Positions 52,901 to 63,231 of a DNA stretch of 63,300 nucleotides are shown here, piece by piece. The stretch's first letter is position 1, and the number at the start of each line of letters is the position of its first letter. Location of the stretch: NCBI GenBank assembly GCA_944393485.1, contig CALYAJ010000001.1, positions 1 through 63,300 on the forward strand. The letters are read 5' to 3'. Below the pieces are notes generated by a model. The model saw nothing but the letters and a program-made list of their open reading frames with translations. It ran no database searches and was not told where the DNA came from. This DNA is from an uncultured Clostridia bacterium (lineage in GTDB: Bacteria; Bacillota; Clostridia; TANB77; CAG-508). Both the position numbers and the translations under genes were made by a program.

Positions 52901-54259
52901 TTATTTTAAACCTATTGCCTTCATAGCTTCATTAATATTTTTCACACCAATTATATCCAATTTATATGTTTCTTTCAATAGTTTTTTGTTATTTTCTGGG
53001 ATTATGCACTTCTTAAAACCTAATTTTTCTGCTTCTTTTATCCTTTTCTCTATCATATTTATTGTTCTTACTTCACCTGTAAGTCCAACCTCTCCCATTG
53101 CTATTATTCCTTTAGGAATACTTACATTTTTATAACTAGATGCTGTTGCTAAAATAATTCCTAAATCTAGTGCAGGTTCATTTACTTTCATTCCACCTAC
53201 AACATTTAAATACACATCTTGATTTCCCAAACCAAGTCCTGCCCTCTTCTCCATTACTGCAACTAATAAAGTTAGTCTATTATAATCTATTCCATTTGCA
53301 GTTCTTCTTGGAAGACCAAATACACTTTGTGTAACTAAGGCTTGTAGCTCTACTAAAAGAGGTCTTGTTCCTTCTATTGTTGCAACAACAATGGATCCTG
53401 ATGGATTATCATCTCTTTCTGATATAAGAATTGAAGATGGATTTGTAATTTCTACCATGCCTTCTTCTTGCATTTCAAACATTCCGATTTCATTTGTAGA
53501 ACCAAATCTGTTTTTAACACTTCTTACAATTCTATATGAAAAATATCTTTCACCTTCTATGTATAAAACCGTATCTACCATATGTTCTAATACTCTTGGT
53601 CCTGCTATATTTCCATCTTTTGTAACATGACCTATAATTATAGTTGTTATTTGTCTTGATTTACAGATTTTCATTATTCTGGCTGTAATCTCCCTTACTT
53701 GGCTTACACTTCCTGGTGCTGAAGAAATCTCGTCAGAATACATTGTTTGCATAGAATCTATTATGACTAATTTTGGCATAATAGATTCTATTTGTTCATC
53801 AATTATATCTATATCAGTTTCTCCTAAAAATAATATATCTTCATTTTGAATATTTAATCTATCTGCTCTTAATTTAATTTGTTCTGCAGATTCTTCCCCA
53901 GATACATAAAGTACTTTTCCTTCTCCTTTAATTTTATTACATATTTGTAATATTAAAGTTGATTTTCCTATTCCAGGTTCTCCTCCAACTAATACAAGTG
54001 ATCCTTTTACTAGTCCACCACCAAGTACTCTATCTAATTCTTGATATCCTGTAGAAGTTCTTTTTGCATCTTTACCAACAAAAGTATTTAGTGGCTTTGG
54101 TACTTGTTCAATTTTTTTCTCTTTTTTTCCACCTTCTGTTTTTGTTGATATTTTTTCTTCGAAAAATGTATTCCATGAATTACATGCAGGACATTTTCCC
54201 ATCCATTTTGCAGATTCATATCCACATTCATTACATACAAATACTGTTTTTGCTTTCAT
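52901..54259 (-). CDS. radA: DNA repair protein RadA
   Basis: Zinc finger CNECGY...CPAC, Walker A GEPGIGKST, KNRFG, and a Lon-like C-terminus. Confidence 0.95.
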   Translation of the reverse strand: MKAKTVFVCNECGYESAKWMGKCPACNSWNTFFEEKISTKTEGGKKEKKIEQVPKPLNTFVGKDAKRTSTGYQELDRVLGGGLVKGSLVLVGGEPGIGKSTLILQICNKIKGEGKVLYVSGEESAEQIKLRADRLNIQNEDILFLGETDIDIIDEQIESIMPKLVIIDSMQTMYSDEISSAPGSVSQVREITARIMKICKSRQITTIIIGHVTKDGNIAGPRVLEHMVDTVLYIEGERYFSYRIVRSVKNRFGSTNEIGMFEMQEEGMVEITNPSSILISERDDNPSGSIVVATIEGTRPLLVELQALVTQSVFGLPRRTANGIDYNRLTLLVAVMEKRAGLGLGNQDVYLNVVGGMKVNEPALDLGIILATASSYKNVSIPKGIIAMGEVGLTGEVRTINMIEKRIKEAEKLGFKKCIIPENNKKLLKETYKLDIIGVKNINEAMKAIGLK

Positions 54260-54271
54260 TTAAGTCCCTCT

Positions 54272-56227
54272 TTATATTAATTCTTCTAATCCTAATGCTA
54301 ATATGAACATTGCATGTGACCATCCTAGTCCTATTACCCATTTAGCTTCCATTTTATCATTATCTACTTGCTCAGCAAGAAATCCTAAATCTGTAGCTGT
54401 ATTTATAACAAAGTTAAAGCATTCGTTTGCTTCCTCTTCTTGTCCAACCATTTTATAATAGATATACATCCATAGTGTAGCTATTGGCCAAGGATTTTTT
54501 CCTCCAATATAACTATCATGTTCAAATCTTAAAATTCCGCCTGTATATGTCCTTAATGTTAAATTTATTTTTTGAACAGTATTTTTTACTATTGGATCAT
54601 TTGGATCAAACACTTTAAATGGTGTAACAGCTCCTAATATGCTTATATCCATACAATTATCATTTGTATTTCTTTTTAATATATTTTGATTTTTATCAAC
54701 TAAATTATTTAAAATATATTCTTTTATTTCATTTTTATATTGTGAAAGTTCTTCATAATCATCTGGTAATTTAAATTTTTTATTGTCTTTTTGAAGTTCT
54801 AAGTAAATTTTTTCCATAGAATCAAATGCAGAATATATAGCAGATAATGAATATAAATGAATTCCTTCATTCATTTCCCATAAATCATAACTTACATGTT
54901 TATATATTCTTTTTCTATTTAAATAACTATATTTATCTTCTATTTCTTCTACTTCATCTGCATCTCTTCCCATTAAATGATCCATATATCTTTTTAAGAA
55001 TTCTGTAGCATTTTCACACATATCTAAATTGTTTTTTAATAGGTCCATATCTCTTTCTTTTTTTCTAAATTCTTTAATTTTAAAATGTTGATACATACCA
55101 GTTAAAACACTTGCTGTTTCATCTATTTGATAGCCCCAACAAGGTGCTAATCTTCCATCTGTATAAAAACGTTGTTCCCACATTCCATTCTTACTTTGTG
55201 TTTTCCTTAAAAAGATATTATAGAACTTATCTGATTCATTATACATTCCAATCATATCCAATGCTTGAGAAATAGTTACTGCATCTCTTGGCCAACAATA
55301 ATTATATCTTCCACACATATCTTTTTCTTCATCAACTTCTAATGCTGCACTAACTCCTCCAGTTTTTTCATTTATTAACAATGGATATAAAAGAATTGTT
55401 CTTTTTAAAATCTTTTTTACTTTTGCATTATTGTTTTCTCCATAATCTTTTACTTTTAAAACTTCATGTTTTTTTACATATCTTCTCCAATAATCTCTTG
55501 TTTCTTTTAATAATTTAAGAGTATCAAATTTTTTTATCTTATCTATTTCTTTATTCAATTCATAAAGAACATCTACTTTATAATTTTTATTTATATAAAT
55601 ATAAATATTAAAACTTTTTGTTTCTCCTGGTTTTAATACTCCAATATCATAAGAAACAGCAGAATGATCTGACATTCCAATATAATCTTTATCTTGTAAA
55701 ATTCCATATGCAATATTATTATCTACATTATTTAATTGATATCCATGTATTGGCAAATTAGAAAATGTAGCCATTGCAAAATCATGAGTATATTGAAGCA
55801 TAGCATTATTGCAAACTCTTGAACTTATCATATTATTTAAATTAGAAAATAATTTTGAATTAATTAAGTATTTAACATCCAAATCAATTTTATTATTATT
55901 TGTAAATTCATATCTTCTAATTAATACTTCTTCATTCATTGGTACAAAATCTTGTTGTAAAATTTTAAGATTAAAATAAGTATTATCTATTTCTGTATTT
56001 AATATATTTGTATCTTCTATATAATATTGATTATATGAATTATTAATATCATTTTCTAATTTAATAAGCATAGAATCATTTATTTTTATACCTGTTTCGT
56101 AGAAATCTATAAATTGTCTGTAATCTACTGTTGGATATGATAATCTTAATAATTCTCCATGTTTTGAGATACTTGCAATCATTCTTCTATTTCCTATAAT
56201 TGCATCATTAAAATATTTCTTTTTCAT
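54272..56227 (-). CDS. glycoside hydrolase family 15 (glucoamylase-like) protein
   Basis: 651 aa. The CWPRDA motif and an (alpha/alpha)6-type C-terminal half fit GH15. Confidence 0.75.
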   Translation of the reverse strand: MKKKYFNDAIIGNRRMIASISKHGELLRLSYPTVDYRQFIDFYETGIKINDSMLIKLENDINNSYNQYYIEDTNILNTEIDNTYFNLKILQQDFVPMNEEVLIRRYEFTNNNKIDLDVKYLINSKLFSNLNNMISSRVCNNAMLQYTHDFAMATFSNLPIHGYQLNNVDNNIAYGILQDKDYIGMSDHSAVSYDIGVLKPGETKSFNIYIYINKNYKVDVLYELNKEIDKIKKFDTLKLLKETRDYWRRYVKKHEVLKVKDYGENNNAKVKKILKRTILLYPLLINEKTGGVSAALEVDEEKDMCGRYNYCWPRDAVTISQALDMIGMYNESDKFYNIFLRKTQSKNGMWEQRFYTDGRLAPCWGYQIDETASVLTGMYQHFKIKEFRKKERDMDLLKNNLDMCENATEFLKRYMDHLMGRDADEVEEIEDKYSYLNRKRIYKHVSYDLWEMNEGIHLYSLSAIYSAFDSMEKIYLELQKDNKKFKLPDDYEELSQYKNEIKEYILNNLVDKNQNILKRNTNDNCMDISILGAVTPFKVFDPNDPIVKNTVQKINLTLRTYTGGILRFEHDSYIGGKNPWPIATLWMYIYYKMVGQEEEANECFNFVINTATDLGFLAEQVDNDKMEAKWVIGLGWSHAMFILALGLEELI

Positions 56228-56239
56228 TTGTGCTCTCCT

Positions 56240-57895
56240 TTATTTCTTTACAATTCTTGTAATTTGATTCTGTAAATCGCGTATTTTAGCTGCTAAACTA
56301 TCTAATTCTGAATTTTGTATTGTATTTTCTGTAGAATCATCTTTAATTAAGTCTTGCATATTATCAATCTTTTCTTTCAATCCATTTAACCTGTCGATAA
56401 TTGCAACTCGTGTAAATTTGTTGCTTTCTTTTGTATCTCTTCTATATTTACCAACTAAACTTACTCTTTCATCTGTTATTTCATATGTTTCACCAAATGA
56501 AGGAATTGTTACTGGTAAATTAGTTGTCTCTATAATTTTATTTTTTAATATATCTTGACTTTCTGGCTCTCCATGAATTAAAAATATATGTTTTGGCTTT
56601 TTAATAAATGAATATATAAAATTCAAAAGTCCTTCTTGATCTGCATGTCCTGAATATCCTTCTATATATTCTATTTGTGCATTAACAGCCATTTCTTCTC
56701 CGAATATTTTTACTTTTTTGGCACCATTTACAATACTATATCCCAATGTTCCTGGTGCTTGATATCCAACAAATAAAATTGTATTTAGCGGATTCCATAT
56801 ATTGTGTTTTAAATGATGTTTTATTCTTCCTACATCACACATACCACTTGCAGAAATTATAATGCATGATTCATCACTTTCATTTAATGCTTTTGATTCT
56901 TCCACTGTACGTGTAAATTTAAGTCCAGGAAATTCCAAAGGATTATTTCCTTCTGAAATGTATTTTTGAGTTTCTTCATCAAATAAATCCATATTATCTT
57001 CAAAAACTTCTGTTGCAGAAATTGCAAGTGGGCTATCTACATATACTGGAACTCTCATCAATTCCTCATATTTCTTTCTAAAATCTTCGTCATCTCTTTT
57101 ATCTTTTAATTTATTAATTTCAAATAATATTTCTTGTGTTCTTCCAACTGCAAATGATGGGATTACAACTGTTCCTCCTCTTTCTAAAGTTTCGGAAACT
57201 ATATCTAGGAACATTTCTGCTTTATCATCATTTTTCATATGAAGTCTACTTCCATATGTAGATTCCATTATTAAATAATCTGTATCTTCTATCATTGTAG
57301 GTTCGCTTAATAGTGGAATATCATTATTTCCTAAATCTCCAGAAAATACTATTTTTTCTTCTTTTCCATTTTCATTAATCCATACTTCAATACTTGCAGA
57401 TCCTAACATATGTCCTGCATCATTAAATCTAACATGTATATTCTCATCTATTTCTATTACTTCATCATATTTAACAGCTCTAAATAATTCTAATGATCTT
57501 GCTGCTTCTTCTGCAGTATACAATGGCTCTAAAGGTTCTTCACCTTTACGTTTTCTTTTTTTATTTGTCCATTCAATTTCCATTTCTTGAATGTGTCCAC
57601 TATCTGGAAGCATTATAGAACATAAATCACATGTAGCTTTTGTTGCTATTATATTTTTTCTAAATCCTTCTTTATACAATTTTGGAATTCTTCCTGAATG
57701 ATCTATATGTGCATGTGTTAATAGCATAAAATCTATACTATTTATGTCATATTCAAATGGTTCTTGGTTTTCCAATTCTTCTGTTGCCTTACCTTGGAAT
57801 AATCCACAATCTACTAAGAATTTTTTTCCAGCTCCCTCTACTAAGAAATTTGAACCTGTTACAGTTTTAGTAGCTCCTAAAAAAGTTATTTTCAT
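56240..57895 (-). CDS. MBL-fold beta-CASP ribonuclease-like protein
   Basis: Has the HAHIDHSG motif 2, downstream beta-CASP motifs and a C-terminal coiled-coil extension. Confidence 0.8.
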   Translation of the reverse strand: MKITFLGATKTVTGSNFLVEGAGKKFLVDCGLFQGKATEELENQEPFEYDINSIDFMLLTHAHIDHSGRIPKLYKEGFRKNIIATKATCDLCSIMLPDSGHIQEMEIEWTNKKRKRKGEEPLEPLYTAEEAARSLELFRAVKYDEVIEIDENIHVRFNDAGHMLGSASIEVWINENGKEEKIVFSGDLGNNDIPLLSEPTMIEDTDYLIMESTYGSRLHMKNDDKAEMFLDIVSETLERGGTVVIPSFAVGRTQEILFEINKLKDKRDDEDFRKKYEELMRVPVYVDSPLAISATEVFEDNMDLFDEETQKYISEGNNPLEFPGLKFTRTVEESKALNESDESCIIISASGMCDVGRIKHHLKHNIWNPLNTILFVGYQAPGTLGYSIVNGAKKVKIFGEEMAVNAQIEYIEGYSGHADQEGLLNFIYSFIKKPKHIFLIHGEPESQDILKNKIIETTNLPVTIPSFGETYEITDERVSLVGKYRRDTKESNKFTRVAIIDRLNGLKEKIDNMQDLIKDDSTENTIQNSELDSLAAKIRDLQNQITRIVKK

Positions 57896-57910
57896 TAGTA
57901 TCCTCCTATT

Positions 57911-59452
57911 TTAAGAAAAAATTTTTATTTTCTTATTTTCTTTAATTTTGTATTTTCCTATGTCTGGTGGGAAAATAATTTTAATTGCTGTTTCTTCATT
58001 ATTTCCTTCTAAATAGTTAATTATTAATCCATTATCTATTTTTTGAAAAAATACTTCTGCATTCTCTAAATTTATTAGTCTTAGTGAAAACATATTTTTT
58101 AGTACTTCTAAATTTATGTATTCATTATTATTTACTACATTTATAATTTTCCCATCTAAAGCTTTGTTTATTAAAAATGTTCTTACCTCATCTATATCTT
58201 TTGCTAATAAATCTTCATCTTTTATTTGTGTTTCTTCATCTATAGGAATCATGTTATAATATCTGAACTCATACATTAGCTCTATTATTTCTCTTCTTCC
58301 CTCTAGTTTCTCTATTAGTATTTTATAATCTTTTAAAAATAGTTTTTCTAAACGTATTATTTCATCTTCTCTGCTAGAATTATTAATAATTATTTCATCA
58401 TAATTTATTAACTGTACTTCTTTAGATTTTTTAACTTTTTTTACAAATCTACTTGGATCAATTGCTTTATTATATTCTTTTATTTGTTTTATGCAATTTT
58501 CTCTATCTTTTATTAAAACTTTTCTTAAATCTTCTATATTATCTATATCTGTACCAATTTTTTTCCTTCTTGTTAATTCTCTTTTTAAATTTGTTGTATT
58601 ATTAATGTATTTATCTAATCTTTCAACCTCTTTTAAACATTTTCTCTTTTTCCTAGAAATTTCATCTAATTGTTTTAATATACTCTTATTATCTGATTCT
58701 TCTTCCTTTTTAGGTAAATCTCCTGGAAACCTTGTTAAATATACTACTAAAATTGTTTTTAAAAATTGGTGTATTAATTCTTTAGCCTTTTCATCATCAA
58801 GTCTTCTTGCTAATTCCTTTTGCAAGTCTTGCAAATAGTCTTTGTTTGGATCATCATTATTAATCCATGCCTCTACTAAATCATTTCCAGCTATTATTCT
58901 TAAGTTTTGAAATATTAAATTTGAATGTATATCTTCAAATTCTATTGGTGATATATACCAAGAATATCCATTAAAATCTCTTATTAATTCTGCTTTGTTT
59001 GAAGAATTACCTCTACTTAATACATAAGTTACCGCTTTTTTTAGCACACCATATTTATCACATACCATATTAGGATTATATTCCAAACTATATAATCCTT
59101 GTAATATTAATCTTTCATTTGGTAAAACTTCTAAAGATTTTTCTTTAATATTAGATATATAATGTTCTTTAACTGCTTTTAATTCTGTACTTCTAGCACT
59201 ATCAGGCTTTATTACATTTAATGTATCGCATTTTTTATCTATAATATTTATTAAGTCTGTTATAATCTTTTCTTTTTCTGATACATCTCTTTTTATATTT
59301 TTGTAATCTTCATATCCTGTTTCCATTTTATATAATATACTTAAAACTAAATTTTTTGCAGTACTAGGATATTCTTTTGTTTCTAAAACTTTTTCTAGTA
59401 ATTGATTATAATCTTTAAATTTTAACTTTGAAAAAATTTTTTTCTTTGGCAT
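57911..59452 (-). CDS. hypothetical protein (513 aa)
   Basis: Long Lys/Glu/Asn-rich ORF with no TM segment. It is tightly packed between ftsK and the beta-CASP gene. Confidence 0.65.
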   Translation of the reverse strand: MPKKKIFSKLKFKDYNQLLEKVLETKEYPSTAKNLVLSILYKMETGYEDYKNIKRDVSEKEKIITDLINIIDKKCDTLNVIKPDSARSTELKAVKEHYISNIKEKSLEVLPNERLILQGLYSLEYNPNMVCDKYGVLKKAVTYVLSRGNSSNKAELIRDFNGYSWYISPIEFEDIHSNLIFQNLRIIAGNDLVEAWINNDDPNKDYLQDLQKELARRLDDEKAKELIHQFLKTILVVYLTRFPGDLPKKEEESDNKSILKQLDEISRKKRKCLKEVERLDKYINNTTNLKRELTRRKKIGTDIDNIEDLRKVLIKDRENCIKQIKEYNKAIDPSRFVKKVKKSKEVQLINYDEIIINNSSREDEIIRLEKLFLKDYKILIEKLEGRREIIELMYEFRYYNMIPIDEETQIKDEDLLAKDIDEVRTFLINKALDGKIINVVNNNEYINLEVLKNMFSLRLINLENAEVFFQKIDNGLIINYLEGNNEETAIKIIFPPDIGKYKIKENKKIKIFS

Positions 59453-59466
59453 TTTTATCCACCTTT

Positions 59467-61893
59467 CTAATTATTTTCATTTTCTGAAGATTCTGACATT
59501 TTTAGTTCTGCTAGTCTTTCTTTAGTTATTAAAACTTCTCTTGGTTTACTTCCTTGATATCCTGATATTATACCTCTTTCTTCCATTTGATCAATAATTC
59601 TTCCCGCTCTTGCATATCCTACTTTAAATCTTCTTTGTATAAAAGATGTAGATGCCTGTCCTGTTTCTACAACTGTATCTATTGCATCCATTAATAATGG
59701 ATCTGTATCTGAATCAGCCTCTGCTTGGTCAATTTCTTTATCTGAACTATTTGATTTTTCTATGCTTTCTATAATATCTTCATTATATTTTGCTTCTCCG
59801 CCATTAAATTTTAAGAAGTCTACTATTTTTTCTACTTCACTATCTGATACAAATGAACCTTGAACTCTTGTAGGTTTTGATGCTCCTGAAGGATAAAATA
59901 ACATATCTCCTTTTCCTAATAGTTTTTCTGCTCCTACTGTGTCTAATATTGTTCTTGAATCCACTTGTGAAGAAACTGCAAATGCAATTCTTGAAGGAAT
60001 ATTTGCTTTAATAATACCTGTAATTACATCAACAGAAGGTCTTTGTGTTGCAATTACTAGATGCATTCCTGCAGCTCTGGCCATTTGAGCTAATCTACAT
60101 ATTGCATCTTCTACATCTTTGGCAGCTACCATCATTAAATCTGCAAGCTCATCTATAATTATTACTATTTGTGGAAGCTTTCCAGTTCCTCCTTCTTTTT
60201 CTATTGCTGCATTATAACCTTTTATATCTCTTACACCTTTATTTGCAAAAAGACTATATCTGTTTACCATTTCTTGAACTGCCCATGCTAAAGCACCTGC
60301 AGCTTTTTTTGGATCTGTTACAACTGGTATTAATAAATGTGGTATTCCATTATATACTGAAAGTTCTACAACTTTTGGATCTACCATTAATAATTTAACT
60401 TCATTTGGTTTTGCTTTATATAAAATACTTGTAATTAATGTATTAATACAAACACTCTTACCAGATCCTGTACTTCCTGCAATTAATACATGTGGCATTT
60501 TTGCTACATCTGCAATAACTGCTTCTCCTCCAACATTCTTACCTAAAGCTAAGGCTAATTTTGATTTATGATTAATAAATTCCTCTGTTTCTATAATATC
60601 TCTTAAGTGAACTACTTCATTTTCTTTATTTGGTATTTCTATTCCTACTGCTTGCTTTCCTGGAATTGGTGCTTCTATTCTTATACTCTCTGCTGCTAAA
60701 CTTAATGCAATATCATCTGCTAAATTTGCAATTTTACTTACTCTAACACCTTCTGCAGGTTTAACTTCATATCTTGTTATAGCTGGACCTACAGAAACAT
60801 TTTCTACTTTTGCAGATACACCAAAACTATATAAAGTTTTTTGTAATTTTGTTGCAGTATCTGTTAAAGCTTTTTTCCCACCTTTAAACACTCTTCCTTG
60901 ACCTTCACTTAATAATTCTATTGGTGGAAATTCATAATTTTCTTCTTCTTCTGTTAAACCATGTTCTAAAACTAATACTTCTCTTGTCTTTTCTTCTTTC
61001 TTTTCTTGCTCTTGTTTAAATAAATTTGCCTCTATTTGATCTGGTTTAGGTTCTTCTTTTAATACTGCATCAACTTCATTTTTAGTACTTCCAAATAATT
61101 TTTTCTTTTTAGGAGCTGTCTCATTTAAATTAATTGTAATTTGATCCTCCATTGGAATTTCTTCTTGTTCTTTTTCATTTTTCTTTTTCTTCTTTTTATC
61201 TTTTTTCTCTATAATAAGTTCTCTATCATCTGTTTTTTCTGTATCATCAATTTCTTCTTCATCGTCATCTTCTTCATATTCTCTACGCTCTTTAGCTCTT
61301 TCTACCATATTATTAATTATTTCCGCAGGTTTTATTTCAAATAAATTAATTAAATTAATAATTGCTATTCCAATTAATAATATTACACTACCCAATGTTC
61401 CTAAGAATTTACATAGTGGTAATGCTATCATTGCTCCTATTGCTCCACCACCTACATTGGTTGTTCCTAATTCATAAGATTCTTCTAGGAATTCAGAAAA
61501 TTCCATATCTTCTGATAATGTTCCATTTGATATAAGAAAAATTGTCATTGCTGCAGTTATACATAGTATAAAAATTATATAGTTTATTATTTTTTTGCTT
61601 AAATAATCTTTGTCATCTGTTGCTATTTTTATAGCTATAGCAAATGTTCCGATAGGTAGAATATATTTAATAACTCCCATTATTCCACCAAGTGTTGGAC
61701 TTAAATGTTCTCCCATCCAACCAGATTTTGTATATATTAAAACACATAGTAGTAAACTTACTATTATCATTACTACTACAATTAAATTTTTATCAACATT
61801 ATTTTTCTTTCTTCTTCCTTTATTATTAGTACTTCCCTTTGGTCTTCCTACTGATTTTTTTGTAGATGTTTTTGCTCTTCTAGCTTGTGCCAT
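59467..61893 (-). CDS. ftsK: DNA translocase FtsK/SpoIIIE
   Basis: N-terminal TM segments, an acidic linker, the motor Walker A GSTGSGKS, and a C-terminal winged-helix gamma domain. Confidence 0.95.
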   Translation of the reverse strand: MAQARRAKTSTKKSVGRPKGSTNNKGRRKKNNVDKNLIVVVMIIVSLLLCVLIYTKSGWMGEHLSPTLGGIMGVIKYILPIGTFAIAIKIATDDKDYLSKKIINYIIFILCITAAMTIFLISNGTLSEDMEFSEFLEESYELGTTNVGGGAIGAMIALPLCKFLGTLGSVILLIGIAIINLINLFEIKPAEIINNMVERAKERREYEEDDDEEEIDDTEKTDDRELIIEKKDKKKKKKNEKEQEEIPMEDQITINLNETAPKKKKLFGSTKNEVDAVLKEEPKPDQIEANLFKQEQEKKEEKTREVLVLEHGLTEEEENYEFPPIELLSEGQGRVFKGGKKALTDTATKLQKTLYSFGVSAKVENVSVGPAITRYEVKPAEGVRVSKIANLADDIALSLAAESIRIEAPIPGKQAVGIEIPNKENEVVHLRDIIETEEFINHKSKLALALGKNVGGEAVIADVAKMPHVLIAGSTGSGKSVCINTLITSILYKAKPNEVKLLMVDPKVVELSVYNGIPHLLIPVVTDPKKAAGALAWAVQEMVNRYSLFANKGVRDIKGYNAAIEKEGGTGKLPQIVIIIDELADLMMVAAKDVEDAICRLAQMARAAGMHLVIATQRPSVDVITGIIKANIPSRIAFAVSSQVDSRTILDTVGAEKLLGKGDMLFYPSGASKPTRVQGSFVSDSEVEKIVDFLKFNGGEAKYNEDIIESIEKSNSSDKEIDQAEADSDTDPLLMDAIDTVVETGQASTSFIQRRFKVGYARAGRIIDQMEERGIISGYQGSKPREVLITKERLAELKMSESSENENN

Positions 61894-61983
61894 TTTTTAC
61901 CTCCAATATATGTTAATTCTCTTTTGTAAGAAATTTCCTCATCTTAAATTTCACGTTTATATTGTATCATATAATTTTTTTAT

Positions 61984-62074
61984 TGCATAGAAAAAATCGT
62001 CAGATTTTTCCAGAGCAATAAGGTTAAATTTTCCTATATTAATTCAATTGTAAACCCACTTTTCTTTTTGCATA
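61984..62074 (+). repeat. structured intergenic repeat, copy C (forward orientation, internally deleted)
   Basis: AAAAATCGTCAGATTTTTCCAGAGCAATAAGGTTAAATTTTCCT...CCCACTTTTCTTTTT aligns with copy A. It is flanked by TTTTTAT on both sides. Confidence 0.65.
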
Positions 62075-62083
62075 TTTTTATTT

Positions 62084-62130
62084 AAAAAAGAAAAAAATCA
62101 GATGTCGTTTACAAATAAACCGACCTCTGA
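62084..62130 (-). terminator. intrinsic terminator after the 145-aa gene
   Basis: Stem TCAGATGTCG/CGACCTCTGA (one mismatch), followed on the minus strand by TTTTTTTCTTTTTT. Confidence 0.7.
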
Positions 62131-62137
62131 CTTCCAA

Positions 62138-62575
62138 TTATTTTAATTCTTTTCTATTACTTTGAATAACTTTTAAAGCATCTTCTAATGCTGTTTGAAT
62201 ACTTCCTAAAACATTGTCAGCATATTCTTTTGTTCCTTGAGATATTTCTCTTGACATTTCATTTGCTGTTTCTATTATTTGTGTTCTTTGTTCATAAGCT
62301 TTTTTAGTTATTTCATGTTCATCTATCATAGATATAATTCTTGTTTCTGCTTCCTTAACAATATCATTTGCTTCCTTCTGAGCTTCTGATAAAATTCTTT
62401 GTCTTTCTTCTTTTACCCATTTAGCCTGTTTTAGTTCATCTGGAAGTTTTAATCTTATTTCTTTTATAATTTCTAAAATTGCTTCTTTATCTACTACTAC
62501 TTTATCTGTAAATGGAACTTTTTTACTTTGTTCTAGCATTTCTTCCAAAGTTTCCAGTAATGTGAAAATTTCCAT
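62138..62575 (-). CDS. hypothetical coiled-coil protein (145 aa)
   Basis: Entirely helical and Glu/Lys-rich. It lies 4 nt downstream of rsmD. Confidence 0.65.
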   Translation of the reverse strand: MEIFTLLETLEEMLEQSKKVPFTDKVVVDKEAILEIIKEIRLKLPDELKQAKWVKEERQRILSEAQKEANDIVKEAETRIISMIDEHEITKKAYEQRTQIIETANEMSREISQGTKEYADNVLGSIQTALEDALKVIQSNRKELK

Positions 62576-62579
62576 TTGT

Positions 62580-63128
62580 CTACCCCTTTCGCATAAATAT
62601 TAATTTTGCCCTTCCATATTTTCGAATATCATATATTTCTATTTCTATATTTTCTAATTCTTTTATAACTCTTTCTTCTTGATCTGTTTCAGCTATAATA
62701 ATTCCATCATCATTTAACAAATTCTTTTTTATAATCAATTCTGTACTTTTGCTTATAAAATCAGTTTCATATGGTGGATCTAAAAAGATTAAATCATATT
62801 TATCATTAGAGGTTTCTAAAAATTTTCTATAATCCATAAAAGCAATTTTAACTTTGCTTTCTACATGCATTTTTTGTATATTTTTATTTATAATATCAAT
62901 TGCTTTCTTTTCTTTTTCACATAAAAATGCTTTTTTAGCTCCACGACTTATAAATTCTAATCCAATTGCTCCGCTTCCTGCAAATAAATCTAGTATAATT
63001 CTGTCTTTTATATTATTTTGCAAAATATTGAACATTGATTCTTTTACTCGATCTAAAGTTGGACGTGTATTTAATCCTTCTAATGTATATAATTTCGTTC
63101 CCCTTGAATTTCCGCCTATAATTCTCAT
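62580..63128 (-). CDS. rsmD: 16S rRNA (guanine966-N2)-methyltransferase RsmD
   Basis: RPTLDRVKESMFNIL, LDLFAGSGAIGLE and DPPY motifs are present. Confidence 0.9.
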   Translation of the reverse strand: MRIIGGNSRGTKLYTLEGLNTRPTLDRVKESMFNILQNNIKDRIILDLFAGSGAIGLEFISRGAKKAFLCEKEKKAIDIINKNIQKMHVESKVKIAFMDYRKFLETSNDKYDLIFLDPPYETDFISKSTELIIKKNLLNDDGIIIAETDQEERVIKELENIEIEIYDIRKYGRAKLIFMRKG

Positions 63129-63148
63129 TTTTACCTCTTATACCATAT

Positions 63149-63176
63149 ATTTTATTAAATAATAATAATATGTCAA
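63149..63176 (-). promoter_or_regulatory. sigma-A type promoter for rsmD
   Basis: TTGACA-16 nt-TAAAAT on the minus strand, about 20 nt upstream of the ATG. The leader would be very short. Confidence 0.4.
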
Positions 63177-63231
63177 TATTATTAATAGAAATGTAACATA
63201 CATTTAATAGATTTGTAATAAAGACAATCAT

